A stretch of DNA of 61,244 nucleotides from a virus (taxonomy: Duplodnaviria > Caudoviricetes), in the IMG/VR virus record IMGVR_UViG_3300021335_001271, positions 1 through 61,244 of that record. One strand, 5' to 3'. Shown here in pieces: positions 37,103 to 46,042 of this stretch (position 1 is its first letter; every line of letters begins with the position of its first letter). Under the pieces are notes generated by a model. It did no database searches. It was not told the origin of the DNA and was given only the letters and a program-made list of their open reading frames with translations. Made by a program: the position numbers and the translations under genes.

Positions 37103-37995
37103 ACGGTCGGATACTTGACACAGGCAAAATACTAGTTCCAACATTACAATGGTATATCAGTCATACTTGTAATTTAACTTGTACAAATTGCAGTAATTTA
37201 AATAACTTTGCAATCACAGGACATAACACCTATGATGATACAATTGCTGCAACTTGGGCTGATCGATTACACGTAAATGACTTTTGTATTATAGGTGGCG
37301 AACCGTTTACAAATAATGATCTAAACACTTGGGCTTTAGGATTACGCAAACACTTTACTTGTAGAGATTTTAGGATTGTAACAAATGGTACACTACTAAA
37401 AAAGTTTGCCCAAGATATACCAAATTGGATTGCAAATAAGATTACAATAGAAATCAGTTTACACAGCGAAGCACACTTTGAACGTGCCTTTGCAGACATA
37501 GATGAAATATTGCAAGGCAACTACAAAAAAGTTAATAAAACAGAATTACAGCAGTTAGGTGTTATGAACCATATTGCTTGTGGATATGAAGATGCAATAC
37601 TTGTGGATGATTTTCCTGCATTTGTGATCAATTACAAAACCAAATTTTACACTTGGGGAGTGCGTGGTGTAAAAGACGGAGTGTGGCAATTTTATGACAG
37701 TGATAGAGAATTAGCACACAGTAATTGCTGGCACAAAGATACACCATATATATTTGCAGGCAAAATGTACAAGTGTGGTACAATTGTAGGTGCTAAAGGT
37801 TTTGCAGAAAAATACAACATTAGACAAAAAGACAAAGACTTGATAGAATCTTATAGGCCTATTGATCCTATGAGCAATAACTTAGCAGAGCAAATACAAC
37901 AACTAAATCACAGCATACCACAATGTACAATGTGTCCAAACAAAAGCAACACATTAGAAAAGATTCAACTTGACAAAAAGAAAATACTACCGTAA
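37096..37995 (+). CDS. Radical SAM protein, paralogue of 31886..32746
   Basis: WYISHTCNLTCTNC, GGEP, TNG, C...YKCG...PQCTMC. Confidence 0.9.
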   Translation: MLNGRILDTGKILVPTLQWYISHTCNLTCTNCSNLNNFAITGHNTYDDTIAATWADRLHVNDFCIIGGEPFTNNDLNTWALGLRKHFTCRDFRIVTNGTLLKKFAQDIPNWIANKITIEISLHSEAHFERAFADIDEILQGNYKKVNKTELQQLGVMNHIACGYEDAILVDDFPAFVINYKTKFYTWGVRGVKDGVWQFYDSDRELAHSNCWHKDTPYIFAGKMYKCGTIVGAKGFAEKYNIRQKDKDLIESYRPIDPMSNNLAEQIQQLNHSIPQCTMCPNKSNTLEKIQLDKKKILP

Positions 37996-37998
37996 TAT
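37970..37998 (+). promoter_or_regulatory. Sigma70-type promoter
   Basis: TTGACA, N17, TAATAT. Confidence 0.7.
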
Positions 37999-38024
37999 AG
38001 TACAATAACAGACACGGAGTAAGT

Positions 38025-38552
38025 ATGGCTATTCACGCAATGATCGATCTAGAAACACTAGACGTCACACCTGCCGCAGCAGTGCTAACAGTTGGTGGTG
38101 TAAAGTTTGATCCATTTTCAGACGCAGAACCACACAGTGAGTTTTATTACAAACTGGACATTGACAGTCAATATCGCAAAGTAAATGATGATACTATTGC
38201 TTGGTGGGGACAACAAGATCCTAAAGTACAAGAAGAAGCGTTCTCAGAAGAAGGACGTACAGCAATGGATACTTTTATTGAAATGCTTCCCAAATGGATG
38301 GTAGGTGTTGATGTCCTATGGGGACACGGATACGGTTTTGATATTACAATCATCGAAGATATGTGTCGGCAATGTAGCAAACCTATTCCTTGGCAATTTT
38401 GGCAAGTGAGAGATAGCAGAACATTATTTGCATTGGCAAAGACAGATCCACGCAAATCTATGCAAAGTGATTTGCACAATGCACTAGCAGATGCATACTT
38501 TCAAGCAAAAGGTGTGCAGATGGTTTACAAAGAATTAGGAGTAAAAAAATGA
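38025..38552 (+). CDS. DEDDh 3'-5' exonuclease (RNase AS/exonuclease VIII N-domain-like)
   Basis: MIDLETL, FD, RDSRT, HNALADA..QA. Confidence 0.85.
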   Translation: MAIHAMIDLETLDVTPAAAVLTVGGVKFDPFSDAEPHSEFYYKLDIDSQYRKVNDDTIAWWGQQDPKVQEEAFSEEGRTAMDTFIEMLPKWMVGVDVLWGHGYGFDITIIEDMCRQCSKPIPWQFWQVRDSRTLFALAKTDPRKSMQSDLHNALADAYFQAKGVQMVYKELGVKK

Positions 38553-38728
38553 CAGATGGACCATTTAAAGCAGCGTTTGACGCTGACACAGACGGAGTGA
38601 TCCGTAGAGAGATTATCACATATCGTATGAAGAACGGTATTATGGTAAAAGAAGAAGCAAGCCGCGATTATTACAAATCAGGCGACTATCATGATTCAAA
38701 CAACAGCAAACCACTGATGCATCAATAA
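38549..38728 (+). CDS. Small hypothetical protein (59 aa), not in the ORF track
   Basis: SD AGGAG, ATGA overlap; MTDGPFKAAFDADTDGVIRREIITY...LMHQ*. Confidence 0.7.
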   Translation: MTDGPFKAAFDADTDGVIRREIITYRMKNGIMVKEEASRDYYKSGDYHDSNNSKPLMHQ

Positions 38729-38729
38729 T

Positions 38730-39008
38730 ATGGAGAATAGTCCTATAAACACACTACAGCAGTTGATGGCAATCACAATGGAAGAGTGTGGTGAACTTAC
38801 TCAACGTTGTAGTAAAATAATGCGCAAGTATGAAACTTTAGACTTGATCGAAGAAGAACAACGTGTTAAACTAGTAGAAGAACTAGGCGATGTATTTTGT
38901 ATGATGGAACTAATGGTTGATCATAATATCACAGACTGGATTGAACTGCAAGAACGAGCAGACGTAAAATTAGAAAAACTTAAAAAGTGGAGCACACTTG
39001 TAGAATGA
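38730..39008 (+). CDS. MazG-like nucleotide pyrophosphohydrolase
   Basis: EECGEL...EELGDV. Confidence 0.8.
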   Translation: MENSPINTLQQLMAITMEECGELTQRCSKIMRKYETLDLIEEEQRVKLVEELGDVFCMMELMVDHNITDWIELQERADVKLEKLKKWSTLVE

Positions 39009-39919
39009 AAGAACTATGGGTAGAAAAGTATCGTCCAAAGACAGTGGACGGTTATGTATTTAGAGATGACGCACAAAGAAATCAAGTTAAAACATGGATC
39101 AAAGATAAAACTATTCCGCATTTGCTTTTTAGTGGCAATGCTGGCATTGGTAAAACTACTCTTGCTAAATTACTTTTTAATGAGCTTGATGTAAATCCAT
39201 TAGACATATTGGAAATCAACGCAAGTCGCACAAACAGTGTAGATGATGTGCGAGACAAGATTGTTGCGTTTGTACAAATGATTCCGTTTGGTGACTTTAA
39301 GGTTGTGTTGCTGGACGAGGCTGATTACTTGTCGCCAAACGCACAGGCAGCATTGCGTGGTGTTATGGAAGAATATCACAGCACAGCAAGATTTATACTA
39401 ACTTGTAACTATCCAAACAGAATTATTCCAGCTATTCACAGTCGTTGTCAAGGTTTCCATATTGCTAAGATTGATCAAACAGAGTTTACTGCTAGGGTAG
39501 CAGAGATTTTGATTACAGAAGGTGTTACTCCGGACTTGGATGTGCTAGACACATATGTAAAAGCAACATATCCAGACTTGCGCAAGTGTATCAATATGGT
39601 GCAAATGAATTCAGTTGAAGGCAAACTTGTTAGCCCACAAGAAGGTGATAGTGGCGAAAGCGACTGGAAACTGGATATGGTAGAACTGTTCAAAGCAGGC
39701 AAGATCCATGATGCACGTAAGTTGTTGTGTGGCACTGTGCGAGCAGAAGAAATGGAAGAAATATATCGTTGGTTGTATGACAACATTGAACTATTTGGCG
39801 ATGACGAAAAGCAGGATCAAGCAGTGTTGATTATCAAACAAGGACTAGTGGATCACACATTGGTTGTTGATCCAGAGATAAACTTAGCAGCAACATTAAT
39901 TAGATTGGGAGCATTATGA
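39005..39919 (+). CDS. Clamp loader subunit (RFC/gp44-like AAA+)
   Basis: [23 protein letters not shown]. Confidence 0.92.
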   Translation: MKELWVEKYRPKTVDGYVFRDDAQRNQVKTWIKDKTIPHLLFSGNAGIGKTTLAKLLFNELDVNPLDILEINASRTNSVDDVRDKIVAFVQMIPFGDFKVVLLDEADYLSPNAQAALRGVMEEYHSTARFILTCNYPNRIIPAIHSRCQGFHIAKIDQTEFTARVAEILITEGVTPDLDVLDTYVKATYPDLRKCINMVQMNSVEGKLVSPQEGDSGESDWKLDMVELFKAGKIHDARKLLCGTVRAEEMEEIYRWLYDNIELFGDDEKQDQAVLIIKQGLVDHTLVVDPEINLAATLIRLGAL

Positions 39920-40257
39920 CATATATTGTAAATGACGCTTGTATTCGTTGCAAGCACATGGACTGTGTAGAAGTATGTCCGGTGGACTGCTTCTACGAAG
40001 GTGAGAACATGTTGGTAATTAATCCAGTAGAATGTATCGACTGTGGCGTATGCGAACCAGAGTGCCCAGCAGATGCTATTCAACCAGATACAGCACCTGG
40101 AACAGACGAATGGGTAGTGTTTAATCAAAAGTGGTCAGACATTTGGCCAAACATTACAGAAATGCGTCCAGCGGATGTACCAGAAGACGCAGAGCAATGG
40201 CACGGTGTTGAAGGCAAAATGGAATACTTCAGCGAGGCACCAGGAAAAGGAGATTAA
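39916..40257 (+). CDS. fdxA: Ferredoxin (FdxA-type)
   Basis: [21 protein letters not shown]...[12 protein letters not shown]. Confidence 0.95.
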   Translation: MTYIVNDACIRCKHMDCVEVCPVDCFYEGENMLVINPVECIDCGVCEPECPADAIQPDTAPGTDEWVVFNQKWSDIWPNITEMRPADVPEDAEQWHGVEGKMEYFSEAPGKGD

Positions 40258-40452
40258 ATGTTTAGTAAACAATGTAAAGCACACCTAAATGAAGTAGGAG
40301 AAACTGGATTACAGCATATGGGTAAAGCACTAAAAATTGCAGTAAAATTACAGTTACTTGTGCCAGTATTGATTATACACGCAGTAGCACCAAGATTTTT
40401 TACAAAAACTGCAAGTAATACGATGAGAAAAATTTTGAATGACCGAGAATAA
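40258..40452 (+). CDS. Small hypothetical protein (DUF6356-like)
   Basis: HL.EVGET..QH...A...IHA..P.FF..TAS pattern. Confidence 0.65.
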   Translation: MFSKQCKAHLNEVGETGLQHMGKALKIAVKLQLLVPVLIIHAVAPRFFTKTASNTMRKILNDRE

Positions 40453-40621
40453 AAATTTGATAAATGATATTGTAAGAGTTAGTGTATTAGAAGAAGAAAT
40501 TGAATATTACAAAACACTTTTACAGCCTAGTGACACTGGGCATATCCATACAACAATAAATTTTTTAAGTCAAAGACTATCTAACATCAAAGGAGAATTA
40601 GCGGGATGGCCGTTCGATTAG
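40439..40621 (+). CDS. Small hypothetical protein
   Basis: Overlap-coupled ORF with DTGHIHTTI. Confidence 0.6.
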   Translation: MTENKNLINDIVRVSVLEEEIEYYKTLLQPSDTGHIHTTINFLSQRLSNIKGELAGWPFD

Positions 40622-41307
40622 TAAGTTACACAAAAGCAACAGAAGAATTTGTAAAAGAAGGTATCAACAACGATGACTTGTTGGATTTGGTTGCGTTTTG
40701 TGCTAGGGTGAGTAATCCTGCCAATCAAATGAATTCAGAAACAAGTGAAAAACTTGTAAAATATTTGATTAAACACGCACACTGGTCACCACTAGAAATG
40801 GTGAACGTGTGTATGGAGATTGATACTACACGTGATATTGCACACCAAATTGTACGTCATCGTAGTTTTGCTTTCCAAGAGTTTAGTCAGCGTTATGCAG
40901 AGCCTGGCGAAATGGGTGAAGTATTTGTTACCAGTGAAGCAAGACTACAAGATACTAAAAATAGACAAAATTCAATTGAGCTGGATTTGGGTGCAGATGG
41001 TAACGCAGAATTAATGGCAAAGTGGGAAGAAATGCAACAAGACGTTTGCTTTACAGCAGGTAAAGCATACGATTGGGCTGTTAATAATGGTATTGCAAAA
41101 GAAGTAGCACGTAAAGTATTGCCTGAGGGTTTAACAAAAACTAGATTGTATATGAATGGCACACTACGTAGTTGGGTGCATTATATTGAGTTGCGAGGTG
41201 CAAATGGGACACAAAAGGAACACATGGAGATCGCTTGGGAGTGTGCTAAGGTCATCGCAGAGGTATTTCCTCTCGCAGCGGAACTCACAGATGCCAGCAA
41301 CAATTGA
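40606..41307 (+). CDS. thyX: FAD-dependent thymidylate synthase
   Basis: HWSPLE, RHRSFAFQEFSQRY, ARKVLP. Confidence 0.95.
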   Translation: MAVRLVSYTKATEEFVKEGINNDDLLDLVAFCARVSNPANQMNSETSEKLVKYLIKHAHWSPLEMVNVCMEIDTTRDIAHQIVRHRSFAFQEFSQRYAEPGEMGEVFVTSEARLQDTKNRQNSIELDLGADGNAELMAKWEEMQQDVCFTAGKAYDWAVNNGIAKEVARKVLPEGLTKTRLYMNGTLRSWVHYIELRGANGTQKEHMEIAWECAKVIAEVFPLAAELTDASNN

Positions 41308-41563
41308 AGTTGATATTGAATGGAATGAACACTACGCATGGTGGCCTGTGCGTAGTAGTTGGAGTAAAAAGCGTATCTGGTTAAAAAAGTATCACGTAGG
41401 TGAAATCTTTTACGATGCTATGGGTAGGCCACCAATAAAGGAAAAAAGTTGGAAACTCATTTACACTGAAAATGAGTATTTGATGTATCTGTTAAAGCAG
41501 GATGAAGGTAAATGGGATCATCCTTTGGACAATAGTGTCTTTAAAAGTGTAAGGGCTACGTAG
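41291..41563 (+). CDS. Hypothetical protein
   Basis: ATG 41291 overlapping the thyX end; AWWPV...RIWLKKY. Confidence 0.65.
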   Translation: MPATIEVDIEWNEHYAWWPVRSSWSKKRIWLKKYHVGEIFYDAMGRPPIKEKSWKLIYTENEYLMYLLKQDEGKWDHPLDNSVFKSVRAT

Positions 41564-41573
41564 CCCTTACTTT
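41549..41573. terminator. Bidirectional intrinsic terminator between convergent genes
   Basis: Perfect 22-nt palindrome GTAAGGGCTACGTAGCCCTTAC with short T-runs on both strands. Confidence 0.7.
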
Positions 41574-42297
41574 ATGCGTCTCCGTAAATAGCGAGAACTT
41601 CTTTTACCGCCTCATGTCTTTCAATATCTCCTTTGTGGAAACGAACTGTGCTGATTCTTTCACTTTGTCTTTCTTCTAAGTGACGGATAAAATCAATTAG
41701 TCCGTTGTCTTTTAATCTATCTGCTTGGGCTAAATCACCTGTAACTACCATTTTACTATTAGTACCAATACGTGTTAGCAGCATTTTCATTTGATTAGGT
41801 GTTGCGTTTTGCATTTCGTCAGCAATGATATAGGCATCTTTAAACGTTCGTCCACGCATATATGCCAGTGGTGATATTTCTATCACACCTTCTTTTATCA
41901 TGCTTTCAATTTCGCCTGAATAAAAATATTCTCTAAACACATCAAATATAGGTCTTGTCCAAGGTGCCATTTTTTCTTCTAGCGTACCTGGCAAAAATCC
42001 TAAATCTTCGTCTGCACTTACTGCTGGTCTTGTAACAACAATACGTTCTACTTCTCCTGCAATAAATGCTTTAACCGCTGCCTGACAGGCTAGTAATGTT
42101 TTACCTGTACCTGCTGGACCAATACCAAAGACTATGTCTTTACCCGAATCCAGTAATTCTAGGATATATTCTTCTTGGCTGCGATTTCTTGGAAGTAATT
42201 CAACTGAATGTTGTTTTTTTGGAAGGAAATTGTTTAGTTTTACTACGTTAGTAGATGATTTAATATGTGCTTGCCTTTTGGCTCTAGCTTTACCCAT
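41572..42297 (-). CDS. phoH: PhoH family ATPase
   Basis: GPAGTGKT, LGFLPG, AYMRGRTF, DEMQN, GDLAQ.D. Confidence 0.95.
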   Translation of the reverse strand: MGKARAKRQAHIKSSTNVVKLNNFLPKKQHSVELLPRNRSQEEYILELLDSGKDIVFGIGPAGTGKTLLACQAAVKAFIAGEVERIVVTRPAVSADEDLGFLPGTLEEKMAPWTRPIFDVFREYFYSGEIESMIKEGVIEISPLAYMRGRTFKDAYIIADEMQNATPNQMKMLLTRIGTNSKMVVTGDLAQADRLKDNGLIDFIRHLEERQSERISTVRFHKGDIERHEAVKEVLAIYGDA

Positions 42298-42316
42298 TTA
42301 GTCCTCCTATGAGTTG

Positions 42317-42366
42317 AACAGGGTGATTTTTCCTTTGCAGGAAATCCTTCCCTGCTAAGGTATTTA
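42317..42366 (-). promoter_or_regulatory. Late-type box and GNRA-capped hairpin in the phoH leader
   Basis: Minus strand: TAAATA, then AGCAGGG-AAG-GATTTCCT-GCAA-AGGAAAAATC-A-CCCTGTT, then SD AGGAGG. Confidence 0.55.
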
Positions 42367-42451
42367 CTTTCGATGCACAATCATAATGTGCGTACTGAAT
42401 TATTTTTCTTTATAAACACAATGTGATAAATATACTAAAGCGAGGACAGTC

Positions 42452-43021
42452 ATGCCACAAATATTAGATACACTAGATGTAATTGAAAATTTATCTTCCA
42501 TTTATGAGAATGATAGATCATTTGCTATACTCAAAGATTTTGAAAGAGTAATTGATGAGTTGGGCATCTATGTTTATAAAAATTGGGACGAAGGTGAATT
42601 GGCAGCAGGACCTGAAGTAGATCGTCATTGGGTCAAATGCACTTTTATGTGGCCTGAGAAAGACATGCCTGATCCAATGGGCGGCAAAAGATTATTAGAT
42701 TATGACTGCAAAATTTCTTACGAAAAAAGCAGTATTATCAAACCTCGAAAAATTAAAAAGCCAGATGATATTCGTCCAGGTACTAAAAAAGGCAAACTGG
42801 ATAAACTGCCTGTTTGGCTAGTTCATATTGAAATGCCTAAGAAGTTGATTATTAGTATATATGGTGGCGATGTAGAAAAGATAGAACTACCTGATACAGA
42901 AGCACAAGCAAGCTCACCAGCACCAGCAGCAGGAGCAATGCCAGCACCAATGCCAGGCGGTGACTTAGGCGGAGCAGCACCAGCAGGTGATGCAGCACCA
43001 GCAGATACAGGAGCAGTATAA
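42452..43021 (+). CDS. Hypothetical phage protein
   Basis: After a late box, SD GAGG; Ala/Pro-rich tail. Confidence 0.8.
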   Translation: MPQILDTLDVIENLSSIYENDRSFAILKDFERVIDELGIYVYKNWDEGELAAGPEVDRHWVKCTFMWPEKDMPDPMGGKRLLDYDCKISYEKSSIIKPRKIKKPDDIRPGTKKGKLDKLPVWLVHIEMPKKLIISIYGGDVEKIELPDTEAQASSPAPAAGAMPAPMPGGDLGGAAPAGDAAPADTGAV

Positions 43022-43737
43022 TGGGATTACGTGCAGGAGATTTACACGACTTAGTAAAACCAGTTTTTGAAGTAGATAGCTATCGCAGTAAAATGGGCAG
43101 TGATGCAAATATTGTTGTTGTAAGTTTTAGCGTAATGGAACAACAGGCTGCAAAAGATCTTGTAGATTTTATAGAAAAAGGCTATAACTTTGTGCTAGAT
43201 GCAGATGCTACTCCAGGTGAAATTGATGAGGGTATTTACAAAGTATTTGTAGAAATGGAACGTAATCCAAGAGTGTCATCTCAAGTTTTAGAACTACTAG
43301 ATGGCGTAGGCAAACTAGCAGAGGTTGAAGACTTTAGATTCCGTTATTACAAAAGTTTTACAAGCAAGCCTGCAAGTTTAGATAACCTACAAGAAATGAT
43401 ACCGGGTGATACAAGTTCATATGATCAAATTGTAAGCGAAAGTGGAGTCAATAATTTTAAAGATTTCTTTAACAAAAGTTATCTAGAATCAACAGAGATG
43501 TTTGGCGATGCATTATTGGTCAAAAAAGCATATGCAGATCCACTTGCATTTACTGTAAAAGACTTTAGCAATACACATCAAATCAACGAAAGCATAAAAG
43601 AAAAAATCAATATGAACGATTATGCCGAGATATTGTTTTTAACTAAATACCTTGGAGATTACAACGTAATGAAATTTGGAAACAAAACTCTTACGTTTGA
43701 AAACGAAGGACATACTCTTGTCGTCGAAAGACTATAA
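43021..43737 (+). CDS. Hypothetical phage protein
   Basis: TAATG-coupled ORF. Confidence 0.8.
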   Translation: MGLRAGDLHDLVKPVFEVDSYRSKMGSDANIVVVSFSVMEQQAAKDLVDFIEKGYNFVLDADATPGEIDEGIYKVFVEMERNPRVSSQVLELLDGVGKLAEVEDFRFRYYKSFTSKPASLDNLQEMIPGDTSSYDQIVSESGVNNFKDFFNKSYLESTEMFGDALLVKKAYADPLAFTVKDFSNTHQINESIKEKINMNDYAEILFLTKYLGDYNVMKFGNKTLTFENEGHTLVVERL

Positions 43738-43885
43738 ACAAAACTATTGTGAAAATTGTGGGAAACCATCTCATTGTGGTACTCCTTACTATGACGAATT
43801 ACAAAACTACGATGAGCCGCCAAGAACAACAAAAATATGTGATACCTGCAGGTGCGGCCACTGCTCAAAAAAAGGATACAAATAA
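43718..43885 (+). CDS. Small Cys-rich zinc-binding protein
   Basis: TTG start after GAAGGA; CENC..SHC...CDTCRCGHC; stop coupled to the endolysin start. Confidence 0.65.
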   Translation: MSSKDYKQNYCENCGKPSHCGTPYYDELQNYDEPPRTTKICDTCRCGHCSKKGYK

Positions 43886-44736
43886 TGGCTGTAGAAGATT
43901 TTGAATTTGAATTTACAGAAGAAATGGCAATCGAACTGCTACGTGGAAATGAAGAAGCAGAAGATTGGTATGATGCAATGTGTGAGATACTTCCACTTTG
44001 GGAAGTAGAAACACCAGAACGTGTGGCAATGTTTATTGCACAATGCGGACACGAATCAAACAACTTTAAAGTACTAAGCGAAAACTTGAATTATAGTGCA
44101 AAAGCACTTAACGCAATCTTTCCGAAATATTTTGAAAGAGCAGGTAGAGATGCACAAGATTATCACAGACAACCTAGAAAAATTGCTAACGTCATTTACG
44201 CAAACAGAATGGACAATGGCGATACTGACAGCGGCGATGGCTGGAGATTCCGTGGTGGCGGAATACTACAACTTACAGGACGTTACAATTACACCAAGTT
44301 TGGTGAAGAAGTAGAAATGAGCCCAGAAGAAGCAGTAGAATATGTGCGTACCAAAAAAGGTGCATTGGATAGTGCTTGCTGGTTCTGGGACACAAATGAT
44401 ATTAACAAATATGCAGATGCAAGAGATATCAAAGGTGCTACAAAACGAATTAACGGTGGTTACATTGGTTTAGAAGATCGTAAGAAGCATTACGAACACG
44501 CAATGGAAGTGCTAGGTGGACATTGGGAACCAAGTAAAATTGTATATGAAACAGTACGACTAGGATCACGTGGTCCAACAGTACGTGCAGTACAAGAAGA
44601 ATTAGAAATTGGTGCAGACGGTATTTTTGGTAGAGGTACAGAAGCACACGTAAAAGCGTGGCAAGAAGAAAATGGACTTACACCAGATGGTGTAATGGGT
44701 CCAAAATCACTTGCTATGCTGTTTGGAGAAGACTGA
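43885..44736 (+). CDS. Endolysin, GH19 with C-terminal peptidoglycan-binding domain
   Basis: FIAQCGHES, ENLNYS, FRGGGILQLTGRYNY, INGG..GLEDR; LGSRG..V..VQ...DGIFG..T. Confidence 0.9.
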   Translation: MAVEDFEFEFTEEMAIELLRGNEEAEDWYDAMCEILPLWEVETPERVAMFIAQCGHESNNFKVLSENLNYSAKALNAIFPKYFERAGRDAQDYHRQPRKIANVIYANRMDNGDTDSGDGWRFRGGGILQLTGRYNYTKFGEEVEMSPEEAVEYVRTKKGALDSACWFWDTNDINKYADARDIKGATKRINGGYIGLEDRKKHYEHAMEVLGGHWEPSKIVYETVRLGSRGPTVRAVQEELEIGADGIFGRGTEAHVKAWQEENGLTPDGVMGPKSLAMLFGED

Positions 44737-44930
44737 TGAGCGAACCAGTAGATGACAAAGGTAAAATGGAAATACAATTACGCATTCTAGGCAACGAATT
44801 GGTTGCCATTAGAATGACTGTAGATGACTTTAAAATGAAATGGTTGTTTTTAGGCGTAATTGCAATTGTTGCATTAGGATGGGCAGCAAGTAGTTTTGGT
44901 CCAGACTTAATCGGAATGTTTGGAGAGTAA
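44736..44930 (+). CDS. Small 1-TM membrane protein in the lysis block
   Basis: TGATG-coupled; C-terminal TM. Confidence 0.65.
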   Translation: MSEPVDDKGKMEIQLRILGNELVAIRMTVDDFKMKWLFLGVIAIVALGWAASSFGPDLIGMFGE

Positions 44931-44931
44931 G

Positions 44932-45414
44932 GTGAGACTTGCAGGAATATTACTGGTAGTAATAATTGCAATGGGAGGCATTGGTTATTGGTACTACAAT
45001 GACACACAGGCTCGTATGGCTATCCTGCAAGACAACAATGCTAAACTAAACATAGCAGTACAAACAAATGAAGCAGCATTAGAAAGTTTGCAAGCAGACT
45101 ATGCTAGTGCGCAAAACGAAATAAGCAGTTTAAATGCAGCATACACTGCAATACGCAGACAAAATCAAAGACTAGCAGATAAACTAGAAAAGATTGATTT
45201 AGAAGCAGCCGCTATTGCTAATGCAGAAGGCATCGAACGTGCAGTTAATGCAGGCACTGTAAATGCTGGTAGATGCTTTGAATTACTGTCGGGGGCAGAA
45301 CTAAATGAAAAAGAAAGGACAGCAAAAAATGACATCGCTTTTAACAAAGAGTGTCCTTGGCTTTACGATACTTATAAGTCTCGCGGCCTGCTCGACGAAA
45401 CCCCAGCAGATTGA
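44932..45414 (+). CDS. Inner-membrane spanin (Rz-like)
   Basis: GTG with SD GGAG; N-terminal TM, long coiled coil, two C-terminal Cys. Confidence 0.75.
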   Translation: MRLAGILLVVIIAMGGIGYWYYNDTQARMAILQDNNAKLNIAVQTNEAALESLQADYASAQNEISSLNAAYTAIRRQNQRLADKLEKIDLEAAAIANAEGIERAVNAGTVNAGRCFELLSGAELNEKERTAKNDIAFNKECPWLYDTYKSRGLLDETPAD

Positions 45415-45718
45415 AGTTAGTGCTAAACCAATAGACAAACCTGAACTTGTACTTCCACCTGTGGATGAACTAAACATGAAAAAAGTTGAATGGATTGTTA
45501 TCAACGAAGCAAATGTAGAAGCAGTGATTGAAAAATTAAAAGGTAGTGATGGCGCATTTGCAGTATATGCATTAACAGGAGAAGGCTACGGAAATTTAAG
45601 TTTAAATTTCTCAGACATACGTGCATTAGTACAACAGCAACAAGCAATGATAGCAGCATATGAAGGATATTATCAAGCAGCCGAAGAGGCAATGGATAAT
45701 GCTGTAACAAAGGAATAA
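45329..45718 (+). CDS. Outer-membrane lipoprotein spanin (Rz1-like)
   Basis: Signal peptide with lipobox LAAC; Pro-rich; overlaps the i-spanin 3' end in another frame. Confidence 0.8.
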   Translation: MTSLLTKSVLGFTILISLAACSTKPQQIEVSAKPIDKPELVLPPVDELNMKKVEWIVINEANVEAVIEKLKGSDGAFAVYALTGEGYGNLSLNFSDIRALVQQQQAMIAAYEGYYQAAEEAMDNAVTKE

Positions 45719-45745
45719 ATACACACATAATAGGAGGGCTAAATT

Positions 45746-46042
45746 ATGTGGGAAATGATACAAAACATGGCGAGCGATCGCACGTGGATTTACACTAGCA
45801 TAGCAGGCAGTATTGCAGGTGCTATGGTACTAGCATATTTAAGCACAACAAGAGTAGGACTATGGGGCTATGCCAAGTTTGACCTGATGGTTGATTATTT
45901 GGTAGAGCGTTGGGGATTGACCTGGTTAGAACAACCAGAGGATGCTTGGAGAAAGAAGTATCCAAAAATTACAGCAAAGATTGATTCAATTGAGGCACGA
46001 CTAGACAAATTGGAGGGTAAAGATGCCAAGGAAAAAACCTGA
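45746..46042 (+). CDS. Membrane protein
   Basis: Late box plus SD; one N-terminal TM. Confidence 0.7.
   Translation: MWEMIQNMASDRTWIYTSIAGSIAGAMVLAYLSTTRVGLWGYAKFDLMVDYLVERWGLTWLEQPEDAWRKKYPKITAKIDSIEARLDKLEGKDAKEKT

Noticed and set aside
37115-37145. TTGACA at the start of the 37096 rSAM as a promoter
   Set aside because: No acceptable -10 hexamer at 16-18 nt spacing.
41156-41290. Long N-terminal extensions in the ORF track (also 1581, 9861, 34562, 43852, 44658, 55604)
   Set aside because: They overlap upstream genes or promoters. Downstream starts with an SD or stop-start coupling fit better.
42900-43015. GCACCAGCA-type short repeats (also 46055-46145)
   Set aside because: They encode Ala/Pro low-complexity linkers and are not a separate DNA element.
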